Of a stretch of 64,000 bases of DNA, positions 1 to 13,500 are shown in pieces; position 1 is the stretch's first letter; every line of letters starts with the position of its first letter. A model generated the notes under the pieces. The model was not told the origin of the DNA. It did no database searches and worked only from the letters and a program-made list of their open reading frames with translations. A program made the position numbers and the translations under genes. The stretch comes from Isurus oxyrinchus (lineage: Eukaryota), in assembly GCA_026770705.1 (NCBI GenBank), contig JANJGN010000021.1:107756001-107820000 (forward strand). Direction: 5' to 3'.

Positions 1-451
1 TGGGCTTATCTTTGTTCCCATTCAGGTAGAGGGTGACGACGCTCGACTCTGCCCTTCCGTTGCTGTGTTCCTCTCCGCAATCCTTCGGAAAGGGGATCCG
101 GGCACCGACTACGGGAAGAATCAAAGAGAGAGAGAGAGAGAGGGAGGGTGGATGCCAGTGTACACGATCCTGGAGAGTGCACAGGTGTACTCATGAGGGA
201 AATTGCTGGTGAGCCACGCCAGAAACAGGGAGTGGGGCGGAAACGCCAAGCTTATGCCTCTCCCTTCTGAGGGGTGTGAAGCAGCAGAGTAAAAACCGCA
301 ACTAAAGGTATCGTGGGTACAGTGCGTGGAGTAGTGGATCTGCTGCTAGACCTGAGATTCAAAATAATAATCAGAGAAAGCAATTCCGAATCCCACTGGA
401 GTTCAGTTGAAGAAAAGACTAGTCGTTGAAAGCTGGTCTCAGTAAAAATGA

Positions 452-554
452 AAAACAAATATAAAAATACCTGGAAAAACTCAGCAGATCTGACAGCATC
501 TGCGGAGAGGAATACAGTTAACTTTTCGAGTCTGAATGAACTTCATCAGAACAG
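452..554 (-). mobile_element. Short Penelope-like element fragment with a degenerate hammerhead motif, inserted in an older repeat
   Basis: Flanked by direct repeat aaaatga (445-451 and 555-561); minus strand reads gtt CTGATGA ... GAAA agtt aac then cagatgctgtcagatctgctgagtttttccag. Confidence 0.55.
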
Positions 555-794
555 AAAATGACCCTGAAGCTGCTGAATTATTGTTAAAAATCCCAACTGC
601 TTCACCAATGTCTTCTTACGCTGGGGAATGTGCCAGCCTTACCCAGTCTGTATCTGTGTGTGACTCCAGACACACAGCCCAAAGGTATCTGACTTTTAAC
701 TAGCCTCAGAAACAGACTACAGCAAGTCACTGGGTGGTCTCAAACTCAACACTGGCACCATCACCTCTGTACAAGGTGGGAATGGGCAATAAAA

Positions 795-1030
795 AGTAGG
801 AGGTTGTACTTCAGCTGTACAGGGCATTGGTGAGACCACATCTGGAGTACTGTGTGCAGTAATGGTCTCCTTGTTTAAAGGAAGGATGTAAATGCATTGG
901 AAGCAGTTCAGAGAAGGTTTACCACACTAATACCTGGAATGGGCAGGTTGTCTTGAGGAAAGGTTGGACATGCTGGGCGTGTAAGAGTAAGAGGTGACTT
1001 GATTGAAACATGTAAGATCCTGAGGGGTCT
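795..1030 (+). mobile_element. CR1-type LINE ORF2 C-terminal fragment
   Basis: Decayed LYRALVRPHLEYCVQ.W..KDVNALEAVQRRFT.LIPG motif. Confidence 0.75.
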
Positions 1031-1408
1031 TTTTTTTAAAAATTTACTCTTGCCTCAATAGGGGTGTAACTGAAAGCCAGATTAATTAGGGATTTTAGGA
1101 GTTCTTATGGTAGCAGTTTGTAGACCTATGTATGTGCTTGAAATTTTTTGTTTTGTTATTAAATGTTTAATTTAGTTTTGTAAAAAAAATCTCTAGCCTC
1201 TTGGTGGACTTATTACCACTGAATTCAGGGCACTTATCTCGAAATAAAATACAAATTGCGAAATAGTTGTGACTGCGTGATCAAGTTTCCCTCGTGGGTT
1301 TGATCGGCCTGGCACACATCATCTGTCGCATCACAACACCAGGACTTAATGGCGTGTGGGGGAGGAGGTTAGGGGTGTTCCAGAAATGCTCAATGCACAA
1401 ACACGTAC

Positions 1409-1541
1409 CTGTGCTGAAGTATGCAGTAATGGCAGCCATCCGCTCACCGTCCCGCAAAGCGTGCAGCCTCACCGTGTACCTGGTGCTGGGCAGAAGCTGG
1501 CGCAGTCTGTGGCTCGTTGCCACGGGGTCCAGCTTCACTTG
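1409..1541 (-). CDS. TNXB: Exon: second half of last FN3 (QVKLDPVATSHRLRQLLPSTRYTVRLHALRDGERMAAITAYFST)
   Basis: tctccacag| acceptor, |gtacgt donor; 133 bp, phase 0-1. Confidence 0.9.
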
Positions 1542-4500
1542 CTGTGGAGAGATGGAAGGTCGGGGGGGGGGGGTTAAAAAGCGAGGAGGAAAAAACCCGT
1601 GGAATTTATATCTCTCGTCTGTGCTTTCATAGGAAGAAGATGAGAAGTTGAGGGAAGAGAGTTAATTATTTACACTCCCCTTTGTGCGAAGAAATTATTC
1701 TTGGCGTCACCCCTGAATGACCTGGTTCAAATTTTAACATTCTGCCCCCTTGTTCTGGGCTCTCCACCAAAGGAAATAGTTTCTCTCCATTTCGCCTATC
1801 AAATCCTTGAATAAAATTAAAGAGTATTGCTGAAAAAAAGACATGCTATCAAAGCTTTTCATCTTGCACTCATTAAGTCAGCTCACAAGACAGAAGGGAC
1901 ATGTCCACACTTTGCACCTCTTCCAACTAAACAAAAGCTTAGGAAACAGACATCCCCTAGTTTTTTCCCCAGTGCAATGCCTTGAACAATCAGAGTCGAC
2001 ATGCCTGGTTAGAATTTGGACAAAGCTGGGCAGTTAGCTGTTCCATGCTGCATTCTCTATGGCAACGTCTCCACCAACCAGAGCCAACTTACCAACCAAT
2101 CTGGACCCTCTTCTCACACAATATAAATTGTTGTTCCGCTGTTATTCTTGGTAATTTCTTGCATAGCTGTCCTGATGAGTGCAAGATGAAAAGCTTTGAC
2201 AGCATGTCTCGTTTTTCAGCAATACTCAAGTGCTGTACTACCAAACAACTAAACTTAAAGACTTCAGTCAGATCACCCCATAATCTTTAAAACTGTTGGC
2301 TAGCAACATGAACTGCATGGTTGATGGGGGAGTCGGTGTCAGGCAGGGGTGAGATGTACCTGGTTATGATGCTCTAACCATCGGAGAATTGTTCAGTCTG
2401 ATAGACAAGCTGGACTCTTCCTGGAAGGTTCACTCAACAATACCAACAACTTGTATTTATATACTGCCCTTCAACATAGTAAAATGTCCCATGGCACTTC
2501 AGAGGAACGCAAATTAGGAAAAATTTGACACCAGGCCACATAAGGAGATGTTAAGTCAGATGACTAAAAGCTCGATCAGAGAGGTAGGTTTTGAAGGAAT
2601 GTCTTAGGGGAGGTTCAAAGAAGGAATTTCAGAGCCTGGGGCCCATAGACAACTGAAGGCCCAGTCGCCAGTAACAGAGCAATAGGCTGTGGAAGCTCAA
2701 GAGGCCGGATTGGAAGAGTGCAGAGGGTTACGGGGCTGGAGGGGTTTACAGAGATAGGGAAGAGCAAGGCCATGGAGGGATTTGAAAACAAGGTTGAGAA
2801 TTTTAAAATTAAGACATTGCTTGTCTTGGAGCCAATGTAGGTCATTGAGTACAGATGATGGGTAAATGCGACTCGGTGCATGGGCAGCAGAGTTTTGGAT
2901 GAACTCATGTTTATGGAGGTTAGAGGATGAGCAGCTAACAGGGAGAACATTGCAACAGTCAAGCCTAGAGGTAACAAGGACAGGGTTGAAGGTTTCAGCA
3001 GCAAGTGAGCTGAGTGAGGGGTGAGGATGGGAGATGCTACAAAGTTGGAAGAAGTTGATCTTATTGACCCAGTGGATACTCAGTGGGATGTGTGCAATGG
3101 GGTCTCCCTCATTCACAATGTTGCTGCTTCGGGATCCACATTACATCATCGTCAGAAAGCCCCTTCCCATTGGCTCCTCAGACTGGAATGTGTCACTTTC
3201 CCTGACGGGTTTCCTGATTGCGGACGGATACCTGAGCCTCGCTCCCTTCAGTCTCGTACACGAGGAGGTATCCAGTCACTGGGCTTCTTGGGCTCTTCCA
3301 CGAGACCAGGCCTTCAGTCGACGAGATGTCACGCACCGTGAGGTCCCTCGGCAAGTCAGACCCTAGGGAGAGAAGTGTTACATAGTTAGAGCCTTTCACC
3401 AGCTCAGGACAGCCCGAATGGTTTACAGGTCCTGGAGGAGCCTGTAAAAGAGAATCATGGGATGTGGAACAAAGGCCTGCTCTTCATTGTGCAGCCTGCA
3501 CTTGCTTCAGTGCTCGCTCAATTACTCACCAGTGACAAAGCTGGTACTGATCCTTGGGCTCTTCCTGTCTCCCTTGACACTGTGGATCTCTGCTTTGTAC
3601 TCAGTGTTCATATTGAGACCAGTGAGCTGCAGTTCTGCGGTGTTACCTGGCACATTCTTGCTCACAGTGGGAACTGGGAGAAACAAGAGGGAAAATTGTG
3701 GGATAAAATATTCAGATTCCGTTAGCATTCCCGAGCCAAAGGGAAAAGTGGTTAATTCCTTTGGCACACACAGTGGGCTGAATAATACAGGTGGGAGAGG
3801 GGCAGACACCCTGCCGTCCCTCCACTCTCGCCCCGGAAGGAACGTTGCTGTGGAGTTAACGTGCTCCGCACAGGCCATGAAACGCTACAGGGCTGATTAA
3901 TGAGGGCCAATTGCAACTTACAGCCCTCATTAGGGGGGAATCCCACCCCTCTGGAGCTGCCAGCCAATCTGATTGGTCAGCAGCTCCATCATTCCTGGCA
4001 GCGCCAGTGGCAGCTGCCGGGACTGCAGGAGAAGGAGGCGATCCAGGGCCACGGATCCCCGGAGCAGGTAGGTCCGGGGTTTTGGGCTGGGAGGGTTTGG
4101 GCAGGTTTGGGATGGGAGTGGGGGTGGGGGTCAGTAGCTGAGTATGAAGGATGCAGCAGGTAGAAAAGATGGAAAAGGGGGTTCGACTTAAGGGGGGCTG
4201 CCTGCAATTGGCAAAGGGCAGCCTCCAAAGGGCGACGCCTCCACTTCCTTCACATGTTTGATTTTTAAAAAATCAGCTTCCCACTCCCGCCTGCCTACGC
4301 CACATTTTATGGTGTGGGCATGTATTATCATCATCAACTGGCTTAATAACAAGCTGAATTGACCCTTGATCATTCATTTAAATATGGCAGGCAGGCTGCC
4401 AAGTTCATTGCTCAAATCATCCACCCTGTATATTATGGGGGAGCGCTCAGGGGTGGATAGGAAGGTGGTGGGTTGGGCACCTAGCAATCATACATGTGCT

Positions 4501-7500
4501 CCCCCCACCACCAACACGCCTGCCGGGGCATGTAAAATTCAGCATAATGTATCCTGGAATTATTATAAAGGGACGCTCTGGGATTGGAGTGTCTGGGCCT
4601 GGTTATGAAGAGTCTCCGTTAACAGAAAATTCAGGGGGCTGGTCTGGGGATATTCAGAGAGTTTTTCCCCTAAGTTAGATTTGGCAATATGGGGAGAGTT
4701 TTGCCCCTATGTTGGGTTTGGGGATATGGGGAGAGTTTTGCCCCTGTGTTGGCCGTTGCAGCACTCGCTGACCTGTCTCACTCACCATTTTGGCCACTGT
4801 AAGTGATGACGTAGTGATTGATTGGTGCAATTGCAGGTCTCCAGACCAGGAGTGCCATAGTGTCCGAGACATTAACAGCTTTCAGGTCAGATGGAGTGTC
4901 TGGGGCTGAATAAACATCAGAAAGTCGAGATTACTTTACCTGACACAATAATAGACAGGACCTTCTGTTTATTCAGTTCAGTCCTACTAATTATACTTCC
5001 AATGCTCTCTTCAGTGATATCATCAAAACTCTCTAACTCTCAATCTCCATTAGTGTGTTTAACATTCATGAGTCACTCCATTTTATAACATAGGCACGAG
5101 TACACCATTCAGCCCCTTGAACCTGCTACGCCACTCATCTAGGTCATGCCTGATTGTCTCCCCCACTATCCCTATATCCCCTGATGTCATCAGTGTCTGG
5201 AAACCTATCAATCCCTGTCATGAAAGTACTCAATATCTGAGCTTCCACAGACACCCTGATGGAGAGAATTCCAAAGAATTCTTGAATACTCTTTAAAAAG
5301 TATATTTCCCGGTAATGTCTGGAAATCACTTCACTTCAAATCCAGTAATATATATATATATACACACATATATGTTCAGTTACTCACAATTGCTTCAACT
5401 AAGGGTGTAGAAAGACTGGAGAAGGTGCAGAATAGGTTTCTACCTGACTTGAGAGGTTAAAACTATCAGGAAAAACCCAACAGGCTGGGTCCCTTTACTT
5501 TAGAAAAGAGGAGGCTGAGAAGCTGATCTGATGGAGGCCTTTACCCACGGAGCGGCAATTAGAATTGGACTGCCGCTCCGCTCCTACTTGCTTATCTTGT
5601 AATCTTTTAGATTTTGTCTTGCCCGCACTTCCGAGGCGGTCCAGGTGGGGACTGTGCAGTGTAGCGTGCTCCTGAAGCCTTCAGTTGAGCGGGGGGAAAT
5701 TGGGTCAGGGTTGGAGGGGTAGTCAGGGTTTAGGGGCAGTGCAGGGGAGGGGTGTTGGGACGGTGGTGTTGGGAGTCCCAATACTGAGGGAGTGCTGCAC
5801 CGTCGGAGGGTCGGTACTGAGGGAGCGCTGCGCCGTCGGAGGGTCAGTACTGAGGGAGTGCTGCATCGTCGGAGGGTCGGTACTGAGGGAGTGCTGCACT
5901 GTCGGAGGGTCGGTACTGAGGGAGTGCTGCACCGTCGTAGAGAAATAGAGTAGGGTGTGTGAAATGGTGGAGGGGAATGGGGTAGGGAATAGGGCTGCTA
6001 GGAGGGGAATGGGATTGGGGTAAACAGGTTTTGGTTTGGTCGGAGAGTGATGAGAGTTGGATTATGGGGTTAGAGTTGAAGGGTCACGCAGGATAGATAA
6101 ACGAGAGCCCCTCAGTAATCTCCCAGGGGCTGCAGTACAAAGTCCAACATTCCCAAACTCCCCCCTCATGCTGTCACTCCTCATACCCCTACTTCCATCC
6201 CTCACTCACCAGTTGTGAAGTGGTCCAGGATGGGGGGGCTTTCGATGGCCCCTTGCACAGCCACCAGGTTGATCTCATACTTGGTATCTGGGACCAGGCC
6301 TTTCAGGGTGATGTTGGTTTTCCTGCCATCTATTATTGCACTCTTCGGTGCACCTGCAACAAGAAAAAAGACCAGGGATGGGGAGATCAAAATTTGCTGA
6401 CACACTGGGGTTAAAGATTACCGAGGATTGGTGTATGAAGGGTTAAGATTCGCCGCCACACACAGCACTAGGGGTTGAAGGGGAGCAAGGTGCAGTGCAT
6501 GGAGGTTAAATTTTGCTGATAAAGTGTTCAAGGTCGTGGCACACCGAGAGGAGGGGGGAGGGGTAAAAGGTCACTTCCTGAACCTCTCAGCGGTCGATTG
6601 ACTGGATGGTTTTGACCCATTCCCACGTCTCCTGTGGCACAAACGCACACCAAATGCTGGTTACTGATTGCAGGGCCTGGCCTGACCATCGTGGGCCTGG
6701 GATTTTTAGCATGATGGGGTTTCCCTTCCCTCCATCTGAGGAATCAGCGGGGACAATGCCCCGCCTTAGGAGAGCTGCCGTTCAGGACAGCGGCTGCAAG
6801 CAATCCGCAGAGCCCAAGTCCCGGGTGTCCAGGACCAGGTAAGATTTGGTGGTCTCAGGGCGGGGAGGCCTGGGGGCTGTGAGGGGGCAGGTGGACAAAG
6901 GGGGATTGGGTTGTTGGCAGAGAGGATGGGTTGGGGGAGGGAAGGGAGGTCCTGTGGTTACCAGGGCAGGGTGAGGGCGCTCAATGGTAAGGAGGGGGGT
7001 CTGCTGACGGAGGTGCACCCCTGCCCTCCTCGCCAGAAGCCTGAACCCAATTTGTTTCCTGACCTCCCTCCATACCCCGGAATTCCTCCCGCCTGCCAGA
7101 AAATTGAAGCTGGGCAGGAAACGGTCCTTAAGTGGTTAATAATTGGACAGAGGGAGGGCGGACCGGCTGGCCGAAGCTTCAACTGGACATAAGCATAGGA
7201 GCAGAAATTAGGCCATTCGGCCCATCGAGTCTGCTCTGCCCTTCAATCATGGCTGATAAGTTTCTCAACCCCATTCTCCCCGTAACCTTTGATCCTCTTA
7301 CCAATCAAGAACCTATCTATCTCGGTTTTAAATACACTCAATGACCTGGCCTCCACAACATTCTGTGGCAATGAATTCCATAGAGAGGGAGGGTAGACCG
7401 GCCGAGGCCTCACCTGTCCCAGTGTAAAATTGCTGAGATGTTGGGGTGGGCGGGAACCCATCTGGGAGCCCACCCGGTGAATTTTATGCTCACCCCTCCC

Positions 7501-10500
7501 CACCCACAAACAAACCTGCTGCCGGGGGAAACGTAACATTCTGCCCATGGCCTCACCTTGTTTAGTCGGGACATAGAAGATCTTGAAGGTCTTGACAGGG
7601 GCTGAAGGTGCTGCCCAGTGGACGGTGACTGAGGTGTCTCTAAGGTCTGTGAACCTCAGTCTGCTCCGAATCTCTCGAGCTGGAATTTAAAAATAAAAGG
7701 AAAATGACATTCCCAGCGGGATTCGCTCAAACTTTCCCTGGGTGTGTGATGTGGTGGGCTGGGCGGGGAGGGCCAGACGAACAGCGATGGAAGCAGCTTG
7801 GAGCGGGGAGGGGCAGGAATGAACAATCCTGGAACTGAGTCTTCAACCGTCGCCTGTTCGAAGTAAAAGAAAACGGCCCCTCAGATCCTGAGGCAGCGAC
7901 CTCGAGCCCTATTGGCTGCCCATGTGACCAATGGCAACCCCATTGTAGGCCACCTATCCCGTGTCGCTTCACAAAAGCCTTTTCGCGCGCGTCGACAAAA
8001 GGCTCTTGCTCACCACAGCCGTCCCTTGGCAAGCCAGCGGCTCATTTCAATGGAGGCAGGAGAAGGGCATCATGGGACATGCAACAACTTACCTAGGGTG
8101 CTTTGCGGAGAGGCGCCATTTTTCTGTTGGCGTGATGGGCCTGAAGTGAAGGTGAGAACACGGGACAATGTTATCAGAGGCAGGGGGAAACCAGGGCCAG
8201 ACCTACAGCTTTCCAGCTGTTTTATCCACTGGTTGGAGACAGGATCGGTTCCAGCTGTGATTTTCCCCTCTAAAAGGTCGAATATCCAGCTCACAGTTTG
8301 GCCGATGAATGATACTCGGGGGGGAGTGTTGGGGTAAGATCCTATGGCGGAGGGAGTGGGGACCAGAGCTGGTGACAACAAGGAGCCACGGGGAAGGGGA
8401 GGGAAAGGGGTTAAAACCAACAAGAAAGGCAGGACAAAGAAACTGGGCTTAATGCAGAGAACTGGAGTGAGAGGGATTCCCAGGATCTCTAAACATTGAC
8501 CCTGGAATTATGCCCTGTGATATTCATCCCAATCCCTGAACTCCCAGCTCTGCTCATTTTCCTGGATTGACCCTCTGACAGTGCAGCACCCCCTCAAAAC
8601 TGTCCTTGCAACAGTTCAGCCCTGCCTCATTGCTACCCGTCTGACATTGCAGCACTCCCTCAGTGCTGACCCTCTGACAGTGCAGCACTCCCTCAGTTTT
8701 ACCCCACTGACAGTGTAGCACTCCCTCAGTACTGTCCCACTGACAGTGCAGCACTCCCTCAGTCCATCATCTACAAGGCACAAGTCAGGAGTGTGATGGA
8801 ATACTCCCCACTTGCCTGGATGAGTGCAGCTGCCACAACACTCAAGAAGCTTGACACTTCCCAGGACAAAGTAGTCCGCTTGACTGGCACCACATCCACA
8901 AACGTTCACTCCCACCACCACCGACGCACAGTAGCAGCAGTGTGTACCATCTACAAGATGCACTGCAGGAATTCACCAAGGCTCCTTAGAAAGTACCTTC
9001 CAAACCCACGAACAGTACCATCTAGAAGGACAAGGGCAGCAGACACATTGGAACACCACCACTTGGAAGTTCCCCTCCAAGCCACTCACCATCCTGACTT
9101 GGAAATATATCACTGTTCCTTCACTGTCGATGGGTCAAATCCTGGCACTCCCTCCCTAACAGCACTGTGGGTGTACCTACACCACATGGACTGCAGCAGT
9201 TCAAGAAGGCAGCTCACCACCTTCTCAAGGGCAACTAGGGATGGGCAATAAATGCTGGCCTAGCCAGTGAAGCCCACATTCTGCAAATGAATAAAAAAAT
9301 TAAAACACAAAAAGTACTGACCTTTGACATGGCAGCACTCCCTCAGTACAGTCCCTCTTACAGTGCAGCGTTCCCTCAGTACTGACCCTCTGACAGTGCA
9401 GCTCTCCCTCAGTACTGACCCTCTGACAGTGCAGCGCTCCCTCAATACTACCTTTGCAACAGCCCAGCACTGCCTCAGTGTTTTGAGGTGATGGAATTCA
9501 AAGCCAACTGCACCATCCCCCTACCAAACAATTGCCGTTAGATTGTAGTGGTAAACAAGAGCAGAACATGCTAGAAACATCCAGTGGGTCATGGAGCACT
9601 TGTGGGAGGGACACGTGTACCAAGAGCCAACACAGGCACGATGCGTCCAATGGGTTCCTCCTGTGCTTTATGACTCTGTTTAATCTGTTTATCCCTTCAT
9701 CAGCAGTTGCTGCTTGGCCTGCTAAACATTCCCAGCATTTTCTCTAGGTTTCAGATTTTCATCCACGCAGCACATGGCTAAATTTCAGCATGCTATTCAG
9801 GCCCTGGGTGATTCAGGAAACAGAGATAAAGCCTGACCCTTGGCCGGGCAGGATATGTCCCTGATGGTAATGCAAACCTCTGGCCTCTAGATTAAAAAAA
9901 CATGGAGGTAAAATTGTTAACAACTCAACATGAGCTCCTGCTGTATTGGGATGAAGTGATGGTTAATGAAGAAGAGCTTATTGATCAGAGATAACAGCAG
10001 AGAAATTATAATCCTGAGAACAATGATTGAGCGACTGGGCCCTGTTAGTACCTGTTCGTGCCACAATTGGAATTGGCTCCGTTTGCTGGTTCTTTAACAC
10101 ACCATAGAGGGAAATGAGGTACTCGGTGCTGGGTATGAGATCTGCGATGGTGACATTGCGAAGGTTGCCAGGCACCGTGACCTCCTTGACTCCCAGCCGC
10201 CCCTGAGAGTCTCTGTACTGAACCAGGAAAGAGTCAAAGGCCCCTTCCTCCACCGTCCAGGAGAGTTTGAGGCTGTGAGTGTCGATGTTTGAGACCAAGA
10301 GCCTTCCCAGCGTACTGAACCCGGCTGTGTGAACGGGAACCGCTAGAGAGAGGATGACATGAAGGGTTAATGTGTGCGGAAAGAGGACGAGGAGGGCAAG
10401 GTAGGAAAAGGCAGGGCCTCGTTCAGCACAATCTCACTATTCAGGTCTGTCTTCAGAAGCTGAATTCAATCCAGATCCACGTTTCTCTACTATCGAGTGA

Positions 10501-13500
10501 ATGAACAATTTATCTCGCTTCCCATCGGACTTCACAATCCTTGTTCCACTAGCTTAGGCCTGGGTGGGTGTCTGTCATTCAAGCCCCTCGATTAGGTTTC
10601 GGTCTGTAACTCACTCCCAGGTATCTGATATTCTACATAAACCAACCAAACCCCTCAATTAGATTATGGTCTGTAACTCACTCCTGGGTATCTGTTATTC
10701 TATATAAAAACCAACTAAACTCCTTGGATAGGTACTAGCCTGTAACTCATTCCCAAATATCTGGTATTCTATAAATAAACTTGACAAGCCTCTTGTATAG
10801 ATTCCAGTCTGTAACTCCCTCCCAGGTATCTGTTGTTCTATATATAAACCAGCCAAACCCTTTTATTAGATTCCAATCTGTAACATACTGCCGGATATCT
10901 GATATTCTCTACATTAGTAACACAATATGGATTTCACGAATACGAAGGGGAGATTCTCCACTGATGGGAATGCTCTGTGAGGAAGAAACAATTTAATGCC
11001 TCCAAAAATTATTTTATCTTTGCCTGGCCTAAGTTGGAGGAGGATTGAGAACATTCCTGTAAACAAAACACATGGTTAGGGGTCTCCATGTTTTACACTT
11101 AGGAGAGTGAAGCCTACCTCCGAAGGTAAAATTCTAGCTTCTAGCCTGGGAAGAGGATAAGAATGGAAACTGAAAGCCAAGCACATTCAGAGTAAACTTA
11201 GACCTGGACACATGTGTCAAAATATACACACCTTACAGCGGCTTATTTTGACTTTATCTCACTTTGTGCCCCCTTATAACCCAATAATTGCGCAGTGTCT
11301 TATCATTAAAACATCATTTATTCAATTTAGACCTTAGCAATGCGCATTAGGCCTGAGAAGCCTACCTGTGGAACCTGCTGTCATACTTTGGAAAAACAAA
11401 ATGGCGGTGGTTTCCACAGCGACAGAAGCAATTGAAGAAATATTTTCTTGCTCCCAGCCTCAAGGTGCTGAGAACAGAGAGAGATGGAGGGTGAAAATAT
11501 TTCCTGAGGAGGGAAAAAGCCGGAATAGCTGAGTCGATCCATATTCCTGGATCGCATGTACCTGTGATGGTTAAGAGAGCCACCAATGGCCTGGAGAGTT
11601 GGCCACCGGACACCCCATAGAGGTAAATGGTGTAGTTGGTCGTAGGCCTAAGGCCTGTGATGTATGTTGATCGGCGGTCACCGGTTACCGTGATATTCTG
11701 CAGAGTCTCAGAACCCTGAGATTTGTACTGTATCAGGAAGGAGTCAAAGATAGTCTCGGCTGTCCAGGAGAGGAGGAGGGAGTCAGCTGTGATGTTTGAG
11801 AATGAAAGGCTCCCAAACTTGCCTGATTTTTCTCCCTCTTTGTCTGCGGAGGCTAAAAGGAGGAAGAGAAAGAAATAGACAACACTTTACTGAGGGGAAG
11901 CTGCTGCTGTTTGACTGCAAGAGAAAGTACTTTCTTACAGTTTCAACTGTCCAGCAGACGATGACTTCAATTGTTAGTACATCACAATCCTAGAATCTCA
12001 TGGCACAGAATGAGGGCATGATGCCTGTACCAACTCTTTCAAAGAGCTGTCCAATTAGTCCCACTTCCTTAAGGCTGATCCCCTGTGAATTTTCCCCCTT
12101 CAATTACCAGCCTTTAAGGCAGTGCTGATCAAAACAACTTGCTGTGTGAACAAAATGTTTCCACATCTGTTTTTTTTAATGTATCTTATCTGGATTATTA
12201 TCTTAAACCTGTGTCCTCTGGTTGCTGACCTTCCTGCCAGTGGAAACAGTTTCTCCTTAGTTATTTCAAAACCCCTCATGCTTCGATAAATCTCCCCTTA
12301 ACCTTCTCTGCCCTAAGGAGAACAAAATTAACTCTCTAAGGAACAAAATCAATTCAAGAGCATTAAAAAAATCATGTCTTTCCTACAAGGCAACCACACG
12401 CTACACAGAACACAACATTTGACAGATTAGATGATGGAAATGGGTATCATTCCAAGGAGGCCGACCATGGTTGCCATAGCGACACTGGAGCTTCCAGCAG
12501 GCGATAGTGCTCTGGGTACTAGATAAGGAAAAGGTTGGGCAGTGGTTAAAGTAATTTTCTGGAAGAAACTGGCTTGTGAGGAATACCTGCAGTGGTTATT
12601 ATAGTGGTTAGTGGCCTTGTCCGTCTGCTGCCAGAGAGCCCATAGAGAGAAATCAGGTACTTGGTACTAGGCCTCAGGCCTTCAATAAAGGAAGACTGTT
12701 GGTGTGCAGGCACAGTGAAGTTCCGCACCTCCTCGGATCCGTCCACTCTGTATTGGATCAGAAAGGAATCAAAGCCACTCTCTGCAGCCCAAAAGATTTG
12801 GAGGGAGTCCTGCGTAACATTATTCCCTGAAAGGCGGATAAGTTTACTCAGCCTGCTTGGTTTTACGCCATTGGTATCTATGGAAACTGGAGAGAAAGCA
12901 GAGAAAGATGCGATTTAAAGACTGCTCTGGGCAAACTCCCCCTTGTGTAACCTAACCGGCTAGGCCATACCCAGCACCTTATTCTTGGAGGTTGGGTTAA
13001 ATATCCACAGCCTTTCAAAGATAGGTGGGTGGAGATAACAGCGAGGAGATAAGAAAGGAGAGAAAAAAAGGACATAAATCCAGGTGTGCAGCCCAATATA
13101 TACACCACAGACTTTGTATAAGTTACCGTTACTCTGGTTCAGAGGCTCCTCCGGGTGTCTGTACTGAGTTCCTGTGTGGCAAAGACCCAACCTGGGAAAG
13201 CTTCTCCGGATTGAGAGGTCGTATTTGGGGTTCAGATTTGGAATATCACACTGGTTCCCCGAGTGGGGAGGGGGAGGAGGCATTGCTGATTGAAGTAGGG
13301 AGTCCATGTATCATGGTACAGAGGGAGCATAGACCATTGTAGTTAGATAAGATACATACATACATCATATACACTGTAGATTGTGGTACAGATCCAGAGC
13401 TATACACGCTATAGATTATTGTAAAAAATCTACAGTTATATACACTGTATGTTATGGTACAGATCCACAGAGCTATATACACTATATTATGGAATGATTT

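Noticed and set aside
1-1408. Expected first fibrinogen-globe exon
   Set aside because: No recognisable P.DC-type sequence; the region is repeat debris, so the exon probably lies beyond the window edge
5584-5781. ORF as a candidate for the missing FN3 half-exon
   Set aside because: No FN3 motif; the real exon is 4786-4905, which has canonical splice sites
12944-13250. Possible solo LTR (TG...CA ends)
   Set aside because: No target-site duplication or second copy visible; cannot be supported
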